Positions 52,530-62,300 of a DNA stretch of 64,000 nucleotides are shown here, piece after piece. The stretch covers positions 24,862,001-24,926,000 of the forward strand of contig OZ024754.1 in the NCBI GenBank assembly GCA_964016885.1. Reading direction: 5' to 3'. The notes below the pieces were generated by a model. The model searched no databases. It was not told the DNA's origin and was given only the letters and a program-made list of their open reading frames with translations. The position numbers and the translations under genes are program-made. How positions within the stretch are numbered: the stretch's first letter is position 1; the number at the start of each line of letters is the position of its first letter. Source of the stretch: Eledone cirrhosa (Eukaryota).

Positions 52530-55500
52530 TTGAAGTGGTAGTAGTTTGGTGTTGAAGTGGTAGTACTTTGGTGTTGAAGTGGAAGTACTTTGGTGTTGAA
52601 GTGGAAGTAATTTGGTGTTGAAGTGGTAGTACTTTGGTGTTGAAGTGGTAGTACTTTGGTGTTGAAGTGATAGTACTTTGGTGCTGAAGTGTTAGTACTT
52701 TGGTGTTGAAGTCGTAGTACTTTGGTGTTGAAGTGATAGTACTTTGCTGCTGAAGTGATAGTACTTTGGTGTTGAAGTCGTAGTACTTTGGTGTTGAAGT
52801 GATAGTACTTTGGTGTTGAAGTGGTAGTACTTTGGTGTTGAAGTGGTAGTACTTTGGTGTTGAAGTCGTAGTACTTTGGTGTTGAAGTGGTAGTACTTTG
52901 GTGTTGAAGTGATAGTAATTTGGTGTTGAAGTGGTAGTACTTTGGTGTTGAAGTGATAGTACTTTGGTGTTGAAGTGGTAGTACTTTGGTGTTGAAGTGG
53001 TAGTACTTTGGTATTTAAGTGATAGTACTTTGGTGTTGAAGTGGTAGTACTTTGGTGTTGAAGTGGTAGTATTTTGGTGTTGAAGTGGTCGTACTTTGGT
53101 GTTGAAGTGATAGTATTTTGGTGTTGAAGTCGTAGTACTTTGGTGTTGAAGTGGTAGTACTTTGGTGTTGAAGTGATAGTACTTTGGTGTTGAAGTGGTA
53201 GTAATTTGGTGTTGAAGTGATAGTACTTTGGTGTTGAAGTGGTAGTAATTTGGTGTTGAAGTGATAGTACTTTGGTGTTGAAGTGGTAGTAATTTGGTGC
53301 TGAAGTGTTAGTACTTTGGTGTTGAAGTCGTAGTACTTTGGTGTTGAAGTGATAGTACTTTGCTGCTGAAGTGATAGTACTTTGGTGTTGAAGTCGTAGT
53401 ACTTTGGTGTTGAAGTGATAGTACTTTGGTGTTGAAGTGGTAGTACTTTGGTGTTGAAGTGGTAGTACTTTGGTGTTGAAGTCGTAGTACTTTGGTGTTG
53501 AAGTGGTAGTACTTTGGTGTTGAAGTGGTAGTACTTTGGTATTTAAGTGATAGTACTTTGGTGTTGAAGTGGTAGTACTTTGGTGTTGAAGTGGTAGTAT
53601 TTTGGTGTTGAAGTGGTCGTACTTTGGTGTTGAAGTGATAGTATTTTGGTGTTGAAGTCGTAGTACTTTGGTGTTGAAGTGGTAGTACTTTGGTGTTGAA
53701 GTGATAGTACTTTGGTGTTGAAGTGGTAGTAATTTGGTGTTGAAGTGATAGTACTTTGGTGTTGAAGTGGTCGTACTTTGGTGTTGAAGTGATAGTACTT
53801 TGGTGTTGAAGTGGTCGTACTTTGGTGTTGAAGTGATAGTACTTTGGTGTTGAAGTGGTCGTACTTTGGTGTTGAAGTGATAGTACTTTGGTGTTGAAGT
53901 GGTAGTACTTTGGTGTTGAAGTGATAGTACTTTGGTGTTGAAGTGGTCGTACTTTGGTGTTGAAGTGATAGTACTTTGGTGTTGAAGTCGTAGTACTTTG
54001 GTGTTGAAGTGGTAGTACTTTGGTGTTGAAGTGATAGTACTTTGGTGTTGAAGTGGTAGTACTTTGGTGTTGAAGTGATAGTACTTTGGTGTTGAAGTGG
54101 TAGTAATTTGGTGTTGAAGTGGTAGTACTTTGGTGTTGAAGTGGTAGTACATTGGTGTTGAAGTGGTAGTACTTTGGTGTTGAAGTGGTAGTACTTTGGT
54201 GTTGAAGTGGTAGTACTGTGGTGTTGAAGTGGTAGTAATTTTGTGTTGAAGTGATAGTACTTTGGTGTTGAAGTGGTAGTAGTTTGGTGTTGAAGTGGTA
54301 GTACTTTGGTGTTGAAGTGATAGTACTTTGGTGTTGAAGTGATAGTACTTTGGTGTTGAAGTGGTAGTAATTTGGTGTTGAAGTGATAGTACTTTGGTGT
54401 TGAAGTGGTAGTACTTTGGTGTTGAAGTCGTAGTACTTTGGTGTTGAAGTGGTAGTAATTTGGTGTTGAAGTGATAGTACTTTGGTGTTGAAGTGGTAGT
54501 ACTTTGGTGTTGAAGTCGTAGTACTTTGGTGTTGAAGTGATAGAACTTTGGTGCTGAAGTGATAGTACTTTGGTGTTGAAGTGATAGTACTTTGGTGTTG
54601 AGGTCGTAGTACTTTGGTGTGTAAGTGGTAGTAATTTGGTGTTGAAGTGATAGTACTTTGGTGTTGAAGTGGTAGTACTTTGGTGTTGAAGTGGTAGTAC
54701 TTTGGTGTTGAAGTGATAGTACTTTGGTGTTGAAGTGATAGTACTTTGGTGTTGAAGTGATAGTACTTTGGTGTTGAAGTGGTAGTACTTTGGTGTTGAA
54801 GTGGAAGTACTTTGGTGTTGAAGTGGAAGTAATTTGGTGTTGAAGTGGTAGTACTTTGGTGTTGAAGTGGTAGTACTTTGGTGTTGAAGTGATAGTACTT
54901 TGGTGCTGAAGTGTTAGTACTTTGGTGTTGAAGTCGTAGTACTTTGGTGTTGAAGTGATAGTACTTTGGTGTTGAAGTGATAGTACTTTGGTGTTGAAGT
55001 GATAGTGCTTTGGTGTTGAAGTAATAGTACTTTGGTGTTGAAGTGATAGTACTTTGGTGTTGAAGTGGTAGTACTTTGGTGTTGAAGTGATAGTTCTTTG
55101 GTGTTGAAGTGATAGTACTTTGGTGTTGAAGTGGTAGTAATTTGTTGTTGAAGTGATAGTACTTTGGTGTTGAAGTGATAGTACTTTGGTATTCAAGTTG
55201 TAGTACTTTGGTGTTGAAGTGATAGTACTTTGATGTTGAAGTGATAGTACTTTGGTGTTGAAGTGATAGTACTTTGGTGTTGAAGTGGTAGTACTTTGGT
55301 GTTGATGTGGTAGTACTTTGGTGTTGAAGTGATAGTACTTTGGTGTTGAAGTGATAATACTTTGGTATTCAAGTGATAGTACTTTGGTGTTGAAGTGGTA
55401 GTAATTTGGTGTTGAAGTGATAGTACTTTGGTGTTGAAGTGGTAGTACTTTAGTGTTGAAGTGGTAGTACTTTGGTATTCAAGTGGTAGTACTTTGGTGT

Positions 55501-58500
55501 TGAAGTGGTAGTAATTTGGTGTTGAAGTGATAGTACTTTGGTGTTGAAGTGGTAGTAGTTTGGTTTTGAAGTGGTAGTACTTTGGTGTTGAAGTGGTAGT
55601 ACTTTGGTGTTGAAGTGGTAGTAATTTGGTGTTGAAGTGATAGTACTTTGGTGTTGAAGTGGTAGTACTTTGGTGTTGAAGTGTTAGTACTTTAGTGCTG
55701 AAGTGTTAGTACTTTGGTGTTGAAGTCGTAGTACTTTGGTGTTGAAATGGTAGTACTTTGGTGTTGAAGTGATAGTACTTTGGTGTTGAAGTGATAGTAC
55801 ATTGGTGTTGAGGTGATAGTACTTTGGTGTTGAAGTGATAGTACTTTGGTGTTGAAGTGATAGTACTTTGGTGTTGAAGTGATAGTACTTTGGTGTTGAA
55901 GTGATAGTACTTTGGTGTTGAGGTGATAGTACTTTGGTGTTGAAGTGATAGTGCTTTGGTGTTGAAGTAATAGTACTTTGGTGTTGAAGTGATAGAACTT
56001 TGGTGTTGAAGTGGTAGTACTTTGGTGTTGAAGTGATAGTACTTTGGTGTTGAAGTGGTAGTACTTTGGTGCTGAAGTGGTAGTAATTTGGTGTTGAAGT
56101 GATAGTACTTTGGTGTTGAAGTGGTAGTAGTTTGGTGTTGAAGTGGTAGTACTTTGGTGTTGAAGTGGAAGTACTTTGGTGTTGAAGTGGAAGTAATTTG
56201 GTGTTGAAGTGGTAGTACTTTGGTGTTGAAGTGGTAGTACTTTGGTGTTGAAGTGATAGTACTTTGGTGCTGAAGTGTTAGTACTTTGGTGTTGAAGTCG
56301 TAGTACTTTGGTGTTGAAGTGATAGTACTTTGCTGCTGAAGTGATAGTACTTTGGTGTTGAAGTCGTAGTACTTTGGTGTTGAAGTGATAGTACTTTGGT
56401 GTTGAAGTGGTAGTACTTTGGTGTTGAAGTGGTAGTACTTTGGTGTTGAAGTCGTAGTACTTTGGTGTTGAAGTGGTAGTACTTTGGTGTTGAAGTGATA
56501 GTAATTTGGTGTTGAAGTGGTAGTACTTTGGTGTTGAAGTGATAGTACTTTGGTGTTGAAGTGGTAGTACTTTGGTGTTGAAGTGGTAGTACTTTGGTAT
56601 TTAAGTGATAGTACTTTGGTGTTGAAGTGGTAGTACTTTGGTGTTGAAGTGGTAGTATTTTGGTGTTGAAGTGGTCGTACTTTGGTGTTGAAGTGATAGT
56701 ATTTTGGTGTTGAAGTCGTAGTACTTTGGTGTTGAAGTGGTAGTACTTTGGTGTTGAAGTGATAGTACTTTGGTGTTGAAGTGGTAGTAATTTGGTGTTG
56801 AAGTGATAGTACTTTGGTGTTGAAGTGGTAGTAATTTGGTGTTGAAGTGATAGTACTTTGGTGTTGAAGTGGTAGTAATTTGGTGCTGAAGTGTTAGTAC
56901 TTTGGTGTTGAAGTCGTAGTACTTTGGTGTTGAAGTGATAGTACTTTGCTGCTGAAGTGATAGTACTTTGGTGTTGAAGTCGTAGTACTTTGGTGTTGAA
57001 GTGATAGTACTTTGGTGTTGAAGTGGTAGTACTTTGGTGTTGAAGTGGTAGTACTTTGGTGTTGAAGTCGTAGTACTTTGGTGTTGAAGTGGTAGTACTT
57101 TGGTGTTGAAGTGGTAGTACTTTGGTATTTAAGTGATAGTACTTTGGTGTTGAAGTGGTAGTACTTTGGTGTTGAAGTGGTAGTATTTTGGTGTTGAAGT
57201 GGTCGTACTTTGGTGTTGAAGTGATAGTATTTTGGTGTTGAAGTCGTAGTACTTTGGTGTTGAAGTGGTAGTACTTTGGTGTTGAAGTGATAGTACTTTG
57301 GTGTTGAAGTGGTAGTAATTTGGTGTTGAAGTGATAGTACTTTGGTGTTGAAGTGGTCGTACTTTGGTGTTGAAGTGATAGTACTTTGGTGTTGAAGTGG
57401 TCGTACTTTGGTGTTGAAGTGATAGTACTTTGGTGTTGAAGTGGTCGTACTTTGGTGTTGAAGTGATAGTACTTTGGTGTTGAAGTGGTAGTACTTTGGT
57501 GTTGAAGTGATAGTACTTTGGTGTTGAAGTGGTCGTACTTTGGTGTTGAAGTGATAGTACTTTGGTGTTGAAGTCGTAGTACTTTGGTGTTGAAGTGGTA
57601 GTACTTTGGTGTTGAAGTGATAGTACTTTGGTGTTGAAGTGGTAGTACTTTGGTGTTGAAGTGATAGTACTTTGGTGTTGAAGTGGTAGTAATTTGGTGT
57701 TGAAGTGGTAGTACTTTGGTGTTGAAGTGGTAGTACATTGGTGTTGAAGTGGTAGTACTTTGGTGTTGAAGTGGTAGTACTTTGGTGTTGAAGTGGTAGT
57801 ACTGTGGTGTTGAAGTGGTAGTAATTTTGTGTTGAAGTGATAGTACTTTGGTGTTGAAGTGGTAGTAGTTTGGTGTTGAAGTGGTAGTACTTTGGTGTTG
57901 AAGTCGTAGTACTTTGGTGTTGAAGTGGTAGTAATTTGGTGTTGAAGTGATAGTACTTTGGTGTTGAAGTGGTAGTACTTTGGTGTTGAAGTCGTAGTAC
58001 TTTGGTGTTGAAGTGATAGAACTTTGGTGCTGAAGTGATAGTACTTTGGTGTTGAAGTGATAGTACTTTGGTGTTGAGGTCGTAGTACTTTGGTGTGTAA
58101 GTGGTAGTAATTTGGTGTTGAAGTGATAGTACTTTGGTGTTGAAGTGGTAGTACTTTGGTGTTGAAGTGGTAGTACTTTGGTGTTGAAGTGATAGTACTT
58201 TGGTGTTGAAGTGATAGTACTTTGGTGTTGAAGTGATAGTACTTTGGTGTTGAAGTGATAGTACTTTGGTGTTGAAGTGATAGTGCTTTGGTGTTGAAGT
58301 AATAGTACTTTGGTGTTGAAGTGATAGTACTTTGGTGTTGAAGTGGTAGTACTTTGGTGTTGAAGTGATAGTTCTTTGGTGTTGAAGTGATAGTACTTTG
58401 GTGTTGAAGTGGTAGTAATTTGTTGTTGAAGTGATAGTACTTTGGTGTTGAAGTGATAGTACTTTGGTATTCAAGTTGTAGTACTTTGGTGTTGAAGTGA

Positions 58501-59390
58501 TAGTACTTTGATGTTGAAGTGATAGTACTTTGGTGTTGAAGTGATAGTACTTTGGTGTTGAAGTGGTAGTACTTTGGTGTTGATGTGGTAGTACTTTGGT
58601 GTTGAAGTGATAGTACTTTGGTGTTGAAGTGATAATACTTTGGTATTCAAGTGATAGTACTTTGGTGTTGAAGTGGTAGTAATTTGGTGTTGAAGTGATA
58701 GTACTTTGGTGTTGAAGTGGTAGTACTTTAGTGTTGAAGTGGTAGTACTTTGGTATTCAAGTGGTAGTACTTTGGTGTTGAAGTGGTAGTAATTTGGTGT
58801 TGAAGTGATAGTACTTTGGTGTTGAAGTGGTAGTAGTTTGGTTTTGAAGTGGTAGTACTTTGGTGTTGAAGTGGTAGTACTTTGGTGTTGAAGTGGTAGT
58901 AATTTGGTGTTGAAGTGATAGTACTTTGGTGTTGAAGTGGTAGTACTTTGGTGTTGAAGTGTTAGTACTTTAGTGCTGAAGTGTTAGTACTTTGGTGTTG
59001 AAGTCGTAGTACTTTGGTGTTGAAATGGTAGTACTTTGGTGTTGAAGTGATAGTACTTTGGTGTTGAAGTGATAGTACATTGGTGTTGAGGTGATAGTAC
59101 TTTGGTGTTGAAGTGATAGTACTTTGGTGTTGAAGTGATAGTACTTTGGTGTTGAAGTGATAGTACTTTGGTGTTGAAGTGATAGTACTTTGGTGTTGAG
59201 GTGATAGTACTTTGGTGTTGAAGTGATAGTGCTTTGGTGTTGAAGTAATAGTACTTTGGTGTTGAAGTGATAGAACTTTGGTGTTGAAGTGGTAGTACTT
59301 TGGTGTTGAAGTGATAGTACTTTGGTGTTGAAGTGGTAGTACTTTGGTGCTGAAGTGGTAGTAATTTGGTGTTGAAGTGATAGTACTTTG
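52530..59390. repeat. Tandem block duplication within the satellite, period 3,586 to 3,278 bp
   Basis: Marker offsets are 3586 (ACTGTGG 54215/57801; ORF ends 52692/56278), 3476 (GTGTGTAAG 54617/58093) and 3278 (TTCAAGTTGTAG 55192/58470). All are multiples of 22. Confidence 0.88.
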
Positions 59391-62300
59391 GTGCTGAAGT
59401 GGTAGTACTTTGGTGTTGAAGTGATAGTACTTTGGTGTTGAAGTGATAGTACTTTGGTGTTGAAGTGATAGGACTTTGGTGTTGAAGTGATAGTACTTTG
59501 GTGTTGAAGTGATAGTACTTTGGTGTTGAAGTGGTAGTACTTTGGTGTTGAAGTGGTAGTACTTTGGTGTTGAAGTGGTAGTACTTTGGTGTTGAAGTGA
59601 TAGTACTTTGGTGTTGAAGTCGTAGTACTTTGGTGTTGAAGTGGTAGTACTTTGGTGTTGAAGTGGTAGTACTTTGGTGTTGAAGTCGTAGTACTTTGGT
59701 GTTGAAGTGGTAGTACTTTGGTGTTGAAGTGATAGTACTTTGCTGCTGAAGTGGTAGTACTTTGGTGTTGAAGTGATAGTACTTTGGTGTTGAAGTGGTA
59801 GTAATTTGGTGTTGAAGTGATAGTACTTTGCTGCTGAAGTGGTAATACTTTGGTGTTGAAGTGGTAGTACTTTGGTGTTGAAGTGGTAGTAATTTGGTGT
59901 TGAAGTGATAGTACTTTGCTGCTGAAGTGGTAGTACTTTTGTGTTGAAGTGATAGTACTTTGGTGTTGAAGTGGTAGTAATTTGGTGTTGAAGTGATAGT
60001 ACTTTGCTGCTGAAGTGGTAGTACTTTGGTGTTGAAGTGGTAGTATTTTGGTGTTGAAGTGGTAGTAATTTGGTGTTGAAGTGATAGTACTTTGCTGCTG
60101 AAGTGGTAGTACTTTGGTGTTGAAGTGATAGTACTTTGCTGCTGAAGTGATAGTACTTTGGTGTTGAAGTCGTAGTACTTTGGTGTTGAAGTCGTAGTAA
60201 TTTGGTGTTGAATTGATAGTACTTTGGTGTTGAAGTGGTAGTACTTTGGTGTTGAAGTGGTAGTACTTTGGTGTTGAAGTGGTAGTACTTTAGTGTTGAA
60301 GTGGTAGTAATTTGGTGTTGAAGTGGTAGTAATTTGGTGTTGAAGTGATAGTACTTTGCTGCTGAAGAGGTAGTACTTTGGTGTTGAAGTGATAGTACTT
60401 TGGTATTCAAGTGGTAGTACTTTGGTGTTGAAGTGATAGTACTTTGGTGTTGAAGTGATAGTACTTTGGTGTTGAAGTGATAGTACTTTGGTGTTGAAGT
60501 CGTAGTACTTTGGTGTTAAAGTGGTAGTAATTTGGTGTTGAAGTGATAGTACTTTGGTGTTGAAGTGGTAGTACTTTAATGTTGAAGTGATAATACTTTG
60601 GTGTTGAAGTGGTAGTAATTTGGTGTTGAAGTGATAGTACTTTGGTGCTGAAGTGGTAGTACTTTGGTGTTGAAGTCGTAGTACTTTGGTCTTGAAGTGG
60701 TAGTACATTGGTGTTGAAGTGATAGTACTTTGGTATTCAAGTGGTAGTACTTTGGTGTTGAAGTGATAGTACTTTGGTGTTGAAGTGATAGTACTTTGGT
60801 GTTGAAGTGACAGTACTTTGGTGTTGAAGTGGTAGTAATTTGGTGTTGAAGTGATAGTTCTTTGGTGTCGAAGTGATAGTACTTTGGTATTCAAGTGGTA
60901 GTACTTTGGTGTTGAAGTTATAGTACTTTGGTGTTGAAGTGATAGTATGTTGGTGTTGAAGTGATAGTACTTTGGTGTTGAAGTGATAGTACTTTGGTGT
61001 TGAAGTGATAGTACTTTGGTGTTGATGTAATAGTACGTTGGTGTTGAAGTGATAGTACTTTGGTGTTGAAGTGGTAGTACTTTGGTGTTGAAGTGATAGT
61101 ACTTTGGTGTTGAAGTGGTAGTACTTTGGTGTTGAAGTGGTAGTAATTTGGTGTTGAAGTTATAGTACTTTGGTGCTGAAGTGGTAGTATTTTAGTGTTG
61201 AAGTGATAGTACTTTGGTATTCAAGTGGTAGTACTTTGGTGTTGAAGTGGTAGTACTTTGGTATTCAAGTGGTAGTACTTTGGTGTTGAAGTGGTAGTAC
61301 TTTGGTGTTGAAGTGGTAGTACTTTGGTGTTGAAGTGGTAGTACTTTGGTGTTGAAGTGATAGTACTTTGGTGTTGAAGTGGTAGTACTTTGGTGTTGAA
61401 GTGGTAGTACTTTGGTGTTGAAGTGGTAGTACTTTGGTGTTGAAGTGGTAGTACTTTGGTGTTGAAGTGATAGTACTTTGGTGTTGAAGTGGTAGTACTT
61501 TGGTGTTGAAGTGGTAGTACTTTGGTGTTGAAGTGGTAGTACTTTGGTGTTGAAGTGGTAGTACTTTGGTGTTGAAGTGGTAGTACTTTGGTGTTGAAGT
61601 GGAAGTACTTTGGTGTTGAAATGATAGTACGTTGGTGTTGAACTTGTAGTACTTTGGTGTTGAAGTGATAGTACTTTGGTGTTGAAGTGGTAGTACTTTG
61701 GTGTTGAAGTGGTAGTACTTTGGTGTTGAAGTGGTAGTACTTTGGTGTTGAAGTGGTAGTACTTTGGTGTTGAAGTGGTAGTACTTTGGTGTTGAAGTGG
61801 TAGTACTTTGGTGTTGAAGTGGTAGTACTTTGGTGTTGAAGTGGTAGTACTTTGGTGTTGAAGTGGTAGTACTTTGGTGTTGAAGTGGTAGTACTTTGGT
61901 GTTGAAGTGATAGTACTTTGGTGTTGAAGTGATAGTACTTTGGTGTTGAAGTGGTAGTCCTTTGGTGTTGAGGTGGTAGTACTTTGGTATTCAAGTGATA
62001 GTACTTTGGTGTTGAAGTGGTAGTACTTTGGTGTTGAAGTGGTAGTACTTTGGTGTTGAAGTGGTAGTACTTTGGTGTTGAGGTGGTAGTACTTTGGTAT
62101 TCAAGTGATAGTACTTTGGTGTTGAAGTGGTAGTACTTTGGTGTTGAAGTGATAGTACTTTGGTGTTGAAGTGGTAGTACTTTGGTGTTGAAGTGGTAGT
62201 ACTTTGGTGTTGAAGTGGTAGTACTTTGGTGTTGAAGTGATAGTACTTTGGTATTCAAGTGATAGTACTTTGGTGTTGAAGTGGTAGTACTTTGGTGTTG

